Assembly: GCF_006345805.1 (NCBI RefSeq)
Contig: NC_042998.1
Location: 117,118,001 to 117,182,000, forward strand
DNA: 64,000 nucleotides
Reading direction: 5' to 3'
Origin: Octopus sinensis
Taxonomy: Eukaryota
In this document: positions 11,390-25,357 of the stretch, one piece after another
Position numbering within the stretch: position 1 is the first letter of the stretch
Layout of the letters: each line of letters opens with the position of its first letter
Made by a program: the position numbers and the translations under genes
The notes under the pieces: model-generated
What the model was told of the DNA's origin: nothing
Seen by the model: the letters and a program-made list of their open reading frames with translations, nothing else
Database searches by the model: none

Positions 11390-13910
11390 AGAAAGCAAAA
11401 CGAGCGACCATAGGATGAAGGGTTACCAGCAGAATAGGTTATTCAGAGTAGATCAAAAGTGATTGTACAAAAAAAAAATACGTGGAGAGTATACAGGTGA
11501 AAAGTCGATACCAGACAACATTGAAAGTCAAAGGTTTTGAACTGTCATTTGGAGCAAAGACAAGGAGCACATGAAAGATGCTGAATGGTTGCAAGAATTG
11601 AAACAAATAGTAGACTTCCAAAAGAGGCAGAACTAGTAATTTCAGTTAGGGAGGTGAAGGAAATCTGCAAAACCATGGGCAAATCGAATGCCCCGGGACC
11701 AGATAAAGTTCAAGCCTACTCGATAAAAAAGATTTGGTGAATGTCATGCACGAATAGCTGCACAACACAAATGTTAAATGTCGACCAAGTAACACCAGGG
11801 TAGTTGGCAATTGAAAAACATCGTAAAAGACAATACGGTAGACAGTTACAGGCCGACATCATGCTTGCAACTTTTGTGGAAATTATTGACTGTAATATTC
11901 GCAGAATCATGTACAAACATCTGGAAAAAATGGTGTCCTGCCACATGAGCAGAGGGGTTATAAGCCTAATTGCAGAGGTACAGAGGATCAACGCAACTCC
12001 TGTTAGACAAAACTTTAAATAGAGACTGTAAGAGGAGGAAAACTTTGCCATTTCATGGATTGATTATCGTAAGACTTACTATATGATCCAACATTCTTGT
12101 AGTATGAAATCTATGATCCAATTTAGTATTGCATCTAATGTTAAGCGATTGCTTGGAAAATCTATGGCGAAGACGAGAACGGAACTGACAACATATGAAA
12201 GAAATTTAGAGACAAGAGAAATCAGAAAAGGTATCTTCGAAGGAGTGTGTCTATCCCCACAGATCTTTGTACTGTGCATGATACCACGAACACTGATTCT
12301 GCGGAAAGAAAAACTGAGTATGTATTCAAAAGCCGTCAACAAAAAGTCAACCACTTGTTATTCGTGGATGACCTCAAACTGGTAAATATGAATCCCAAGT
12401 AAATTCCCTCGTTGATACGGTGTATACTTTCAGTATTGATATCTGAATGGAGTTCGGACTGAAAAAGTGTGGTGTATTAGTCTTGAAGTGCGGCAAAATC
12501 AAATGTATGAACGGGCTAACGATACCGTCGGGGGAGGTAATGAAGCAGACAGAAAAGACGGGTTAAAAGTACTTAGGGATATTGGAAATGGATAAAGTGA
12601 TGGAGAAAGAAATGACAGAAAAAATTAATGTAAAGTACTAGCACAGAACCTCAAGTTGAATTTAAACGGACGGAATAAGATTGAAGCTACCAACACCTGG
12701 GCGGTTTCACTCCTTAGATATAGAGTAGGGGTAATCGCATGGCCAGCAGACGAACTTAACAGCTTTGACAGAAAGACAGGGAAATTGCTAACTAGATATG
12801 GGTCACTCCATCGAAAAAGTGACACAGACAGACTGTATGGACCAGGAAAAATGTGGGGAAAGAAGACTTATTAAATCGAACACAGCATTAGAGCAGAAGA
12901 AAGCAACATAGCATGGCACGTGCAAAATGCAACAGAACCGCTATTATTAGAAGTAAGTAGGTCAAGCTTGTGTAGATTGAAAGATTGCAAGGATAAAGCA
13001 CTGTACAAGCACTTGAGAATGAATGAAGCTGAAAATAGCAGGATAAAGAAAAAATGTATGTACAATTACGTAAGGATGTTGAAGATAAAACAGAGAGAGA
13101 AAACAAGATGGCTATCGATGACTAAAAGTGATTCAAAACAGAAAATGGTGGCTCTAATCTGTGCTGCCCTAGAGCAAGTACTACGAAGGAATTACATCAA
13201 ATACAGAATAGACAACACATCTGAAAGTGATAAGTCCAGAATGTGTGGACAAAATGGTGAAACCGTAAAGAATATTACCATGCTATGTTGCTTTCTTTTG
13301 CTCTAATGTTGTGTTCGACACTTTCTCAGAAAGAATACAAGAGATGTGATGACAATATAGCAAGGATTGCTCATTGGACACTTTGCAACAACTATGGATT
13401 TGACACAGCAAAAAATAGAGTAAGATCATGAACCTGAGTGCATCATCTAAAAATGATAATACAAAGATCCTATAGGATTTTATGATTCAGTACGACCATG
13501 AGATAGAGAATAGGAAGCCAGACAAGGTTAAGGTAGAAATAAAGGAAACGATATTGTATCATAGAAATAGTATGCCCAGCTGAAAACAAGGTATGCGATA
13601 TGGAAGAAAGACATGTCGAAAGATATGACACGTTCTCTTTGGAGGTTAAGCAGATGTTGTCACTGAAATAGGCGGTGTTAGTACCAATAATTGTCGGAGC
13701 CTTGGGGAACAGTGAGTAGAAATCTTGAAAAGTATTTGGAATAAATAGGGGCTGCAATTAGGGAAGAGCACTTGCAGAAAACAGTATTGCTTAGAACCGC
13801 TCGAATACTCCGGATGATGCTCGAAAAATAAGGGATGTTACCTTAGTTCACTGGTAGTGAACAGCTGGCACCGTTGTACATCTATAGCGTTAGAAACTGT
13901 GTAAAGACAA
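11390..13910 (+). mobile_element. Decayed, 5'-truncated R4/Dong-type RLE retrotransposon in (AAT)n
   Basis: Fragments: ISWIDYRK, IRKGIFEGVCLSP (GIFQGDSLSP-like), NHLLFVDDLKL, SRMCGQNGETV (CCHC-like), RKPD..., LLRTARILR; ends in (AAT)n. Many stops and frameshifts. Confidence 0.85.
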
Positions 13911-13912
13911 TA

Positions 13913-13949
<37 letters not shown>

Positions 13950-14010
13950 TAATAATAATAATATAATAATAATAATAATAATAATAATAGTAATAATAAT
14001 AATAATAATA

Positions 14011-14769
14011 ATCATTTTCACTAGTTACTATATTTATCATGTGTTTTCACCGCACTACTGGGTACAGCATTAGGCATGTGCTCTGGTTTGTTGTGGTGCT
14101 CTTGTTTTCACTGTATTGAAAGTGCTTTACGGAGGAAGCGTGCGAGGCCTAGTGGAGCTATTTTCTGCATGATATATACATACATTCTTAACTTTTGATG
14201 TTTTTGTTATGTATATATCTGAATGTTTTTAATCAAACCTAATGCAGCTATTATTATAGGGACTGTTTTGTTTTTATGTTCCATATTCATGTTATCTCAT
14301 TATTATTATTATTATTATTATTATTCAGTAGCTTTATTTTTATAGCGTGCTTTCACTTCACTACCGAGCGCAGCTCTGTGTGCCTTGGGTATGTGCTGTG
14401 ATACACAGAGCTGCGCTCGGTAGTGAAGTGAAAGCACGCTATAAAAATAAAGCTACTGAATAATAATAATAATAATAATAATAATGAGATAACATGAATA
14501 TGGAACATAAAAACAAAACAGTCCCTATAATAATAGCTGCATTAGGTTTGATTAAAAACATTCAGATATATACATAACAAAAACATCAAAAGTTAAGAAT
14601 GTATGTATATATCATGCAGAAAATAGCTCCACTAGGCCTCGCACGCTTCCTCCGTAAAGCACTTTCAATACAGTGAAAACAAGAGCACCACAACAAACCA
14701 GAGCACATGCCTAATGCTGTACCCAGTAGTGCGGTGAAAACACGTGATAAATATAGTAGTGAAAATGAT
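14011..14769. repeat. Near-perfect palindrome (~370-bp arms, 21-bp spacer) built from Dong-type 3' ends
   Basis: 14011-14381 is the reverse complement of 14403-14769, with one substitution and one 4-nt indel noticed. Spacer is GCCTTGGGTATGTGCTGTGAT. Confidence 0.95.
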
Positions 14770-14999
14770 GACGATGATGTTGATGAGGAGGACGATGACG
14801 ACGATGATTTTAACGATAATGGTAAAGAATGGTCGTAAAAAAATTTGATAGCAGCATAAAATTATCACAGGATAACATATTTGCAACGATGCTAATTATG
14901 AAATGAGGCCTGAATTTAAATTCTAATACGAGAAAATTACCACAAGACACCGCCTACTGAGCGCTGTGGAACAATGAACGGTACAAATATTCAGAAGTC

Positions 15000-15950
15000 A
15001 AGCAAGACTGTAGGGTAATATGAGAAATTGCAGAGAAAGTCACTAAAGAGTACAGAAGAGGGTTCAGGAAGATGATTGGAATTAAAGAGCAGGAACAATA
15101 AAGAAATTGAAAATGTATGTACTGAGGTACTCTGCTCCTCTTCTGAAATAGATAAAGGTCGAGCTATAGAACTTGAATAGGAAAACTAGAAGTCCATGGC
15201 CTTTTATTGGAGCAGGTGAGGAAGGGATATTCATTCTGAATGGATTGTCTCTTTGTCTCCGGCTCAAAGTAAGGAATCTAACTCTCATCCTGGGTTAGAA
15301 ATGTTTCAGAATACCAGCTGGATCTGCCTCATACAATTTCAAATTTTTCCGTGATGTGATAAGAGTAGTACACTTTTTGGTGTGTGTCAGAAAATGTGGC
15401 ATATACCGAGCAGAAACCTTCGTCATGTACATTGTCCAAAACATTCTCAAATCTCTCCGGAGATATGCTAATAGCACTTGTTATTTGATCAATAGCATGT
15501 CCTGCACCAGCATGTGGTTAACGCGATCAATATTTTCCTTGTAGGTGGGAGGTGCAGGACTTTCCAAACTTTGTCATGTTCAACAATTTCTCTTCTTTTC
15601 CTAAATTCAGGTGCTTACATTTTCACTATTGACAAACTGGAGCTTTATTGCCTAATGTAGCAACTCTTTCAGCATGAATGTCCTTTGGGAATAAACCATA
15701 TTTCTGCAGCTACTTCATGGTCCCAGCATGCTAAATATTGTGGATTTCACAGAGGAGTCACAAAGGGTTACTTCTGAGGTGTTCACTGAACAGTGAGATA
15801 TCAGTTCACCTGGAAAGGAATATTGCAGTTACCAATACCAATTGAAATTAATGCATGCATGATCTCATTTGGACCTTAAGCAGTGGTCTATGTCAAAAAT
15901 GCATATAGTCGTTAGTGTTTTCTGGGGGTTGGTGTCCATCAACACTTTGA
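15000..15950 (-). mobile_element. Possible heavily decayed LINE C-terminal remnant
   Basis: Weak resemblance of KLYSSTFIYFRRGAEY and RYMPHFL... to the ORF2 C-terminus of the 970-3966 element. No clean motifs. Confidence 0.25.
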
Positions 15951-16140
15951 ATGTATCGAGTTGTGTTTTAAGAAATGTTTGTCAAAGCCACTCCATGTGG
16001 TGAATCTCTTTTTATGTGGTACACTCTCCTACAGCATTATATTTTTGATCCAAGTTGATATGGTCTTGTAGGGTGAGTGTCGTTGACTGTTGTGTTTGTT
16101 CCTACATCTCGTCTTTTTTATTTCATGATTATACACTCTT

Positions 16141-16524
16141 AATCTTTTACTTGTTTCAGTTATTTGACTGTGGCCATGCTGGAGTACCACTTTAAAGCGT
16201 TTTAGTCGAAGAAACCGACCCCAAGACTTCTTTGTTAACCTAATATTAATTCTTTTGCTGAACAGCTAAGTTACGAGAATGTCAACAAACCAACATTGGT
16301 TGTCAAGCGATGGTATTGGACGATAAAAACAGACGCACGCAGGCACATATAAATATATACGCCGGGTATCTTTCAGTTTTCGTCATCGAAACCCCCTTCA
16401 CAAGGCTTTAGTCGGCCTGAGGCTATAGTGGAAGGCACTTGTCCAAGGTGCCACAGAGTGGTACTAAACCTGGAACCATGCGGTTGAGAATCAAGCTTCT
16501 TATCACATAGTCACTCTTGCGCCT
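16141..16524 (-). mobile_element. tRNA-derived SINE with LINE-like 3' tail
   Basis: Minus-strand head with degenerate A box (TGACTATGTGATAAG) and B box (GGTTTAGTACC); 3' end GTGGTACTCCAGCATGGCCACAGTCAAATAACTGAAACAAGTAAAAGA. Confidence 0.8.
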
Positions 16525-18206
16525 TCACACAGCCACGCCTGCTGCGCCGCCACACAGTTACACCACATAGGACGGAAAACCAGACGACGTTACACAAATA
16601 TAGATACAATATAGATACAATGAAAATAATAACAGGACATAACAACAGGTGTCTTTCGACTGAGGACGAATTGAATTCAGCTGGCGTGTGTGGAAAGGAA
16701 GCCTTACAGCAGAGATACTAAGATTTCACAAACACACGGAAGAATATCGATGTTGCACTGACCACGGTCAGACCCAAAAGAAGGCTAGCAGTTTGGCCTA
16801 TCGGTCACGTGGGAAGAGACTGCTAGCCCTCTTTGGCCTCGATAAATATTTCTTGTGATGATTCCTTCTTGCCATAGCCTCATGATGAAAGAGAGTAGTC
16901 CGCAAAGTCTATTCTCAAAATTCACAGATCTCAATTAAAGAGGTGAATGTGTGAGGATTTCAGCGGAATTTGATACGGTACTGTCTGTGACGACAGTGGT
17001 TGTGTTTTGCGAATTGTTGAGGCCATTTTCTACCGCTGCGTTTTATGTTCGTGGTAGTCTTCCTGCTGTTAATAATTCTGTGGCTATCATTGTTCCAGTG
17101 TAAGGTAATGACACTTCTGATATTGCTTCTGGTAGTGTAATTACTGTTATTGTGTGTGTGGTACAGTTACAGACATACGGACCGAAAATCTTCATTCCTA
17201 CGCATGACATTGTCTGGTTCAACATCTGTAACGAATCTTACTTCAACACTGCTATATTGGAATTGTCAAACAATATTCTTCTGAAGCAAATTTCCACTTG
17301 GGGATTAAAGATCTTTTGGAGGCACCCTTTCTTAAACGACATCCACTAGTATATTACTCTTCTCTTGCTGTTAATCCAAAACAGATTTTGCACTTGTTTT
17401 CGTTATATAGACTTAATTAATTACTTTAATTTTTTTTATTTGTAATTCATATACGGCGGTGAAAATTGTGCGTTTGTTGAAATATCTGCCGTTGCTGTGT
17501 TGAAGATTCCGAAGTCTTCATCAATTCTGATCGTGGTTACGGCCACGCTGTAGGGGGAGGATCAGTTATCATTGTTGCTTTTGCTGTTGTAGCTTGTTTA
17601 TTGGAGACCGGTGTGCTCGAAAATAGTTTCAATTCATTATATTTCTAATGTTCCCGTTAATGTTGTTGTTGCTGCTATTATTGATATGACTGCTCATATA
17701 GTTATTGTTAATCTTATAGTTATTACTGTTATTGTTCTTTTCCTTGATGTTGTTCACGACATTTTTATTGTCGATTCTGTTGTTGTTTCCGATTCTGCGG
17801 TTTCTAAAATTGGTCTCGTTGTCTTGCAGTGACCTCAAAGAATCAATGGAATATGGTATGGTAATGGCGCCAAATTCTTTTATCGTCATGGTGACATCAT
17901 CATTGTTTGTTTTCGAATCGGACAATAATAGAGACTGGCTTTGAAGTTCATGATTGATTTTCATTCCCCCAGCTTCTTAAATACAGATGTAACGATTTTT
18001 TTCAAAACCGAATACGTCTTCAAAGAAAACACTGTCAACGAGGTGCGTCTTACAGAAAAAAAAAACTGCATTTTTGCAATTATGTCAGTAGTTCAAGAAA
18101 GTTATGAACGAAAAATGAGATCTGATCGCCTTCAAAGCAGAAATTCAACTGAAAATCGTAAAACGTATTGAGACACAAAATTCCATTATACTCAAGCCCA
18201 ACCCCA

Positions 18207-18599
<393 letters not shown>

Positions 18600-18788
18600 A
18601 AGAAGAGAAGAAGAAGAAGAAGAAGAAGAAGAAGAAGAAGAAGAAGAAGAAGAAGACCGCTTTGCCATAAGGTCGATGCGCCCGCTTTCGCACCTCAGCA
18701 CGTTTTCTCCATATTCGAGCTGGGAGCGAGGCATTTCTTCTTTTGTTCTTGTGCAAGAACTCTTACGATGCAACGGCAACGCCTATGC

Positions 18789-19145
18789 AAGTTCATGTGA
18801 CGTTTATCTTGATATTAGGTCACCATGTCCTGCAGGTATTGTTGTGATGCATGTGCCTGCTGTACCCTTAACACACGGGTAGTCATGATGGGTACCACAG
18901 TGTCACTTTGATGGCATGCACTGCTGCCTCACTCAATAACAATAACAATAAATGCCTTGATGCAGTGCAAGGCACTAGTTCATATGGCTTCTGATCTTAA
19001 CTGTTTGGAAGTCTTATCATGTACATGTGTTTTTTCTTGGGGCTACAGAAAATATACTGCTCAACACCACAGATTTCATAGTCAGTTGTATGACTTTAAA
19101 CAGTTGAGCATGCCCTTTAGTGCCTGATAATAAGTGCATGGCAAA
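18789..19145. mobile_element. Head-to-tail junction of two copies of the (AAT)-flanked 550-bp element
   Basis: End of the unit (..GCACTGCTGCCTCACTC), then AATAAC repeats, then the start of the unit (TGCCTTGATGCAG...TTAACTGTTTGGAAG). Confidence 0.7.
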
Positions 19146-19525
19146 GCACTCAGCAAGGGTTTTTGAGAGATAAGATCTCGTGTCCCATGGCTGGTTGTTG
19201 ACAAATTTTTCCGCCGTGTGCAAAATATTGAGTTGCATTCAATATTATCGCAAAAGGTAACGCAAACGCCTAGAAAAAAACATATCGTCTATTACAGTAG
19301 GAATGGGATGGAAAAGGTGGTCAATAACAGAGACGTCAATCGAAGATGCTAGAGGAGTATTTAGTGTCTGAGAACAGCATTGATTATGTACGAAGAGTCT
19401 TCGTCCCATAATCCATCTCAGATGCATGCATACATACATACATACACACATACATACATATATACATACATACATACATACATACATACATACATACATA
19501 CATACATACATTACATACATATTAC

Positions 19526-19790
19526 ATGTTCAGGTTTATATCTATAAATATTGGTGCACTGGGATATGTAACACGTTGCCTAAGTATCCATCTTGAGAAA
19601 TTAAGCTTCTCAACACCAGAAAGGAGAAAGCTGATTCCAAGATTACAAATCCAAACCATCACAGGAATTGTAAAGGCTGTAGAACTTTCCAGATGTTTAC
19701 CATTTAAATATATATGAGAATGCCTAGATATGCAACTTTGTTCATGAAAATTCATATACCAAACAAATATACAATTCTGAACGTATACAT
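19526..19790 (+). mobile_element. 3' fragment of an RLE-type retrotransposon between (TACA)n arrays
   Basis: INIGALGYVTRCLSIHLEKL...LQIQTITGIVK resembles the IxVGALG...IQKxALLGT C-terminus of the R4/Dong copies. Flanked by (CATA)n at ~19426-19525 and ~19790-19888. Confidence 0.55.
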
Positions 19791-21563
19791 ATATACATAT
19801 ACATACATGCCTACCTACCTACATACATACATACATACATACATACATACATACATACATACATACATACATACATACATACATACATGCATAGAAAAAT
19901 ACGCTGATGATGCTGTTGAAATTCCATTGAAGGTGCCTTGGATCTATGTTAGAAAATGGCTTTTTCTCTGCTGGCAAGAAATAAAAGTGAATAGTGGCAT
20001 ACATATACACACACATACACACAGAGACACACATAAACACATGCACATAGACATACGCACACACACACATATATATATTGTGGGAAATATCTCAGAATAA
20101 GAATACACCGAAGAGAAGATATCGCATGAAGCATATCTTGAGAAAGTGACAAAGAATTTGGAAGAGGCTTAGTAGAAAGAATTAGAAAAACAAATTCATC
20201 CCAAAAGTATTTCTGTTAAGGATAATAGTCTCACTCTTCAGTGTTGATACTATTAACTAACATATTAAGTACAACACTGACATAAACATTGCAAATAGGC
20301 CTATCAGTAACTGACTTGTAGCGTATAGATGACAACTAATAAACGATATATATATATATTTTTTTTAAAGAAAGCTGAAATGAAACTTGTATGTAAAAAT
20401 ATACCGCCATCCAAAATTGGAGAAACGAAAATTCAGAATCATAACGTGTTGTTTTATAAAGAAATATATATGAACCTAAAATTGAATAATCCAGAGTGCA
20501 TTACACAAACGTTAATGAGAAATTTAGAAAATATTACCGTCGGCGCATTAAATTGCTAAGTAAAACATAACTAAATGCAGAAATACAGAAAAATACTCAA
20601 AGTACTACAGCTGTTTACGAGTATTATTATAATATGAATAATATTATACAGAATCTAATTGAACTTCCATAGCTAGAGATAAAATAAGAAAATCAAGAGC
20701 ATTTAAAATAAACCATCCAAATTTTTATGGAAAGTATTATATGCAACAGCAATAAGGAAATGTCTTCGCCTTATGCAACTGGGAAACTGTTCTAAAATAT
20801 CAGCTGTAGGATGTAAATATAGATACTGCATACAGAAAGTTAATACAAATAACTACAATATGAAAGCTGAGAATATTGGACTCCTCTTATTCGTAGGAAC
20901 CAAGAAATACGAATTTGGAAAGTCAGAAAAAGGAAATATAACACCAGGCATTGTGAAATAAGTTTAATACTCAGCTAAAATTCTGAAGAAATTTTAATGG
21001 TTAACGAGTGAGCGGGAAAAAAATCATAAACATCCCGCTAACATGTTCACTGTCTGCAGGAGACGTATCAAATATGAAATATTTTTTTTAAATTGTGAAA
21101 CTTGTGTGGGTGAAGGATGACCGGCACAGTCAAAACTTTCACACAATAAGTCCACAAAAACATGTATCGAAGCAGAATATTATAGGGCCGGAATAATTCA
21201 TCTCTTTCAGTCGTCTTAGTCAAAAAACAGTGTAAAGGTCAAAGTTTTATAGTTTAGTCCACTATGTGTAAACTTAGTGATTGGGAGTTTCAACTTTTTG
21301 CTAATGCAAATTTTTAGTGGCTCACAAAAGAATATAAGTAGGAGCTTGTATAAGCTTGTAAGTTTCTTTACTTGCTGGTGTTATTTTCGCTGTTTCCTTT
21401 TTTATATTTGGAAGGTAGGGACTATTATTCAGGCATGTCATGGTGTTGTGGGTAGGAAATTCTTTTACCTTGTGCTTTAGTGTTCAGAAGAGGATGTGGG
21501 CAGCAGGTGTAAAGATCGTTAGTCTGTACGTTTCTTTCTAGGTGTTTATTGTTTCATAAACAA

Positions 21564-23231
21564 CTAGCAAAGATACCCGGCGTTGCCCGGTTACATTCAA
21601 CTGATGAATTAGACTTTTCTGTTATATCTTCTGTAATGAACTGGAATATCTATGTTTCGAATTTCATCAAAATTGCAGCTGAGGGTTTACACACACTAAA
21701 AAATTGTAATCATGCCACATATATCCCATATATTTGTATGCGCATATTCCAAAATTCCACTCTTATTGAAACTGTTAAAAAGATTTTGCTCCTGAAAAAT
21801 GATGGTCATGGAGCTCTAAAATGTGAGAGTTACGGCCCCTATTGGGGGTGGACATCTTAATGTCAACCAGAGAAGTTGAATTGTTGAAAATCTTTTTAAC
21901 TTGGGTCTTATATCTATTATTTGAATTTCTTTGAAATAGGAAATATATGTTCACTGGGTTTGTAAAAGAGAGCAAATCTACAGGAAACCAAAAGACGAAT
22001 GATCACAATAAGAAGTCAGTTACCCTGCCCTAGTCGTTACCACTCCCAATGTTGGATTCCTTACCATCCAGATGACAGGCACAGCCGTAAGATGCGTTAC
22101 GAATCTATAGCAGTTGGAATGGCTTGACACAACTGAAATCAACATTAACAATTGTGTGACGTGAGGGCTAAGGAGAAATTAAAGTGTCACCTCTGGAGTT
22201 TGCAGATGACTACTATACTGATACGTACCTGGAAAGAATAAATTTAAAATCTATAAATGTCTTTGAATAACCAGTCACTCATCTGGGAAGGCCTTGAAAT
22301 CAATGTTACCATGTGGGGACTATTGGTGACCCAGTGATAATAAACAGACTGAAAGGAGGTCTGCAATCAAATAACTTTACTCAACACTTTGCAACTGAAT
22401 CAGTGGAGGCAAAGATGCCTCTCATTTACTTGACAATTTATGCACCACTTTGCAGAAATCACAATCTAAGTGTATGCCAAAGCAAACTCTTACACTGTTG
22501 TACCTTTGAAATACAAATAATGCTTATCTTCTGTGCTCGGATGACCCCACAACTTCCAAGAGTACAACTATTCGTCTTTGCTTAGATAAAATGCCTAAAT
22601 TGTGGGTGTTAAGTCCCTATGAAGGGGTCTTTCTAACTTGTAAGAAGATGAAATTTTATAAATATTACTTCATTTGTATCTAATATCTATGTTTAAAATT
22701 TCATCAACAGTAAAAATATATGAATTGTCATGGGGTTTGTGGCCCTTATGCATAGAATATAATTTCCAAATTTCGTAAAGATTCATTCAGTACTTTTGAC
22801 TTAGTTTTGGATCATAAAAGAAATGACAAAAATTTGGGAGTTAAGGCCCCCATTAGGCTGTCTTAGAATCCTCATGTGAAGTGGAATCTTTGAGAATACT
22901 TCTTGATGTGTGTCAATTGACCATGGTTGAAATTTCATCAACATCGAAAATTTATGAATTTTCATGGGGGGTTCTGCTTCCTTTAAGCCATCCGAATGTA
23001 AAACCAAACATATAGCATTATACCCACCCTTATGCATTGAATCTAAGTTTCTAATATCATACGGATCCATTCAGAAATTTTGGTCTATGAAATTGTATGA
23101 AACACAGCATTACCCATCTCCCTGGGCTTCGATATTGTGTTCCAAATTTCATCTGATCGGTGCAACAGTTTTCGAATGTATAAGTAATACACGAACACAT
23201 AAAGACATTGTCTTTGATATAATAAATAAGA
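21564..23231 (-). mobile_element. Non-autonomous Helitron with internal repeated modules
   Basis: Minus-strand 3' end CCGGGCAACGCCGGG hairpin + TATCTTTG CTAG|T at 21564-21590; minus-strand 5' end TCTTATTTATTATATCAAAG at ~23231. Confidence 0.7.
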
Positions 23232-23243
23232 ATGTACACATAT

Positions 23244-23303
<60 letters not shown>

Positions 23304-23435
23304 ATGTGTGTGTGTGTTTGTGTGTGTATGTGTGTGTGTGTGTGTGTTTGTGTGCGTGCGCGTGCGTGTGAGTGTGTGTTTGTATGTGTGCGCGTGCGTG
23401 CGTCTGTAATATATATATATATATATATATATAAA

Positions 23436-24125
23436 CACAAAGATAAATTGATAGATATAACTGAGTGGGCAAACAAAAATATGAGACACAGTGTAGTGCT
23501 CTTTTATGTTGAAAAGCCTGGTACTTATTCTATTAGTTTCTTCTTGTGAAACCAATAAGTTATGGGGATGTAAATAAACGAACAGCAGTTGTGAAGCAGT
23601 AATGAGGGTGAAATACAGAAACAAAGTCACACACATACACTTAAATATATACATACATATATATATATATATATTGATTTCTTTGAGTTTCTGTCTACGA
23701 AATCGCTCTCTATATATACATATGTGTGTGCGTGTGTATGTACACACACACACACACAAAGATAAATTCTGTAGGCAAACAAAAATTTGAGACACTGCAT
23801 AGTGCTTTTTAATATTTTGATAAGCCTGGTACTTTTTCTATCAGTTTCATCTTGTCAAACCAGTAAGTTATGGGGATGTAAATAAACGAACACCAGTTGT
23901 GAAGCAGTGATGAGGGAGGAACACAAAAACACACACATAGACTTACATATATTCATACATATACATACAATTGATTTCTTTCAGTTTCTGTCTACAAAAT
24001 CCACAGACAAGGCTTTGGTTAGTCTCAGGCTATAGCAGAAGGCACATGCCAAGTTACCACACAGTGGGACTGAACTGAGGACCATGTGTTTTGGAACCAA
24101 GTTTGTTGCCACACCTGCACCTGTG
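23436..24125 (-). mobile_element. SINE (family of 16141-16524) with a local ~320-bp tandem duplication
   Basis: AAGCCTGGTACTT.TTCTAT...AAGTTATGGGGATGTAAATAAACGAAC occurs at ~23514 and ~23822; the head region (CACAGTGGGACTGAAC..GGACCATGTG) is at ~24060. Confidence 0.75.
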
Positions 24126-24197
24126 TGTGTTGGGGTTGGTGGATCGGTGTATGAGTATATGGGTGTATATATGTATGCATGTATATATGTATATATA

Positions 24198-24245
<48 letters not shown>

Positions 24246-24699
24246 ACATATTACATGTACATCTATATATACATCTAGACATACATGTATATCTATAGAA
24301 ATACATCTATACATATGTTTTGGGGATTCACACAGGCAGACAGACATAACACATTCTCAGTTTTATATATATAGATTATATTTAAAAATCTTAACTCTTG
24401 TGTTTGAAGGGGATAGAGTTTCTGGGCTGTGTTTTTACATAACTTCTCAAAAGAGAAGTTATATAATCACCAATCTCACATCTCGTTCGGCTATGATGAA
24501 CAGTGCAGCTAGATTTGATTGTCTGTACCACATAATCATAGAAATCTCCACACTGTCATACAAATCTGGTTACAAGTTTTCATGTAGTTAAAACACTTGT
24601 CGGATAAGGAAAGAGATTACATGACTCTTGTCATCCATTATTAATGAAACTTTTGATTCATATACACTCCAACAACGGAAGGTAGCGAAGTGGCAGAAT

Positions 24700-24900
24700 T
24701 ATTCGCTGGTCTGTAAAATTTTTATCGACATTTCATTTGCCTCTACTTTCTGAGTTCAAGTTCTGCCCAGATTGGCTTTAGAGGTCATCCTATCAACGTC
24801 AATGAATTAAGTAACAGTTGAGCACTGGAGTCAATGTAATTCACTAGTCCTTCCCCTAAAACGTCAGTTCTTGTGCCTATAGTAGAAAATATTATTATCA
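24700..24900 (+). mobile_element. Degenerate SINE
   Basis: GAGTTCAAGTTCTGCC (B-box-like)...TTAAGTAACAGTTGAGCACTGGAGTCAATGTAAT...CTTGTGCCTATAGTAGAAA; reverse-complement homolog of 10400-10610 and 45680-46090. Confidence 0.6.
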
Positions 24901-25312
24901 TTATTTATATTTACATTCATAATGAATTTCCTATACCATAAAGTAAACTTTCTAACATGAAATTAAAAAGGTACCAAATTTTCCCGTTAACCGAATCTAC
25001 AATTACGTCTGAGCGATGACCATCTAATAATATATTCTAGTGTGAAGATTTCTCAACCTTGACAGTTTGTATATACTCATGTTATTTTGCCTTGTTATCT
25101 TATACTTATGTTATTGTAATTTCAGTCCATAAATATCACTGTGGTATTTACAACATCCATCCAATAAATCCTTAGCGCCAGTGCATTCATCCACAACGTC
25201 ATTATACTAATTCAGACGCAAATGCATACATTTTTGTAACTATCACGGGTGTTTTCGTATTGTATCAAGATAGGAGATTGTCGTCATCATTCACGTTCTC
25301 CTCCTCCTCCTC

Positions 25313-25357
<45 letters not shown>

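Noticed and set aside
16600-18200. Asn-rich minus-strand ORFs and a 10-bp hairpin at ~16783-16828 as a Penelope-like element or gene
   Set aside because: Low complexity and no RT or GIY-YIG motif that I could recognise; left unclassified.
18657-18790. GC-rich segment after (AAG)n as an HDV-like ribozyme
   Set aside because: P1.1 and P2 could not be formed.
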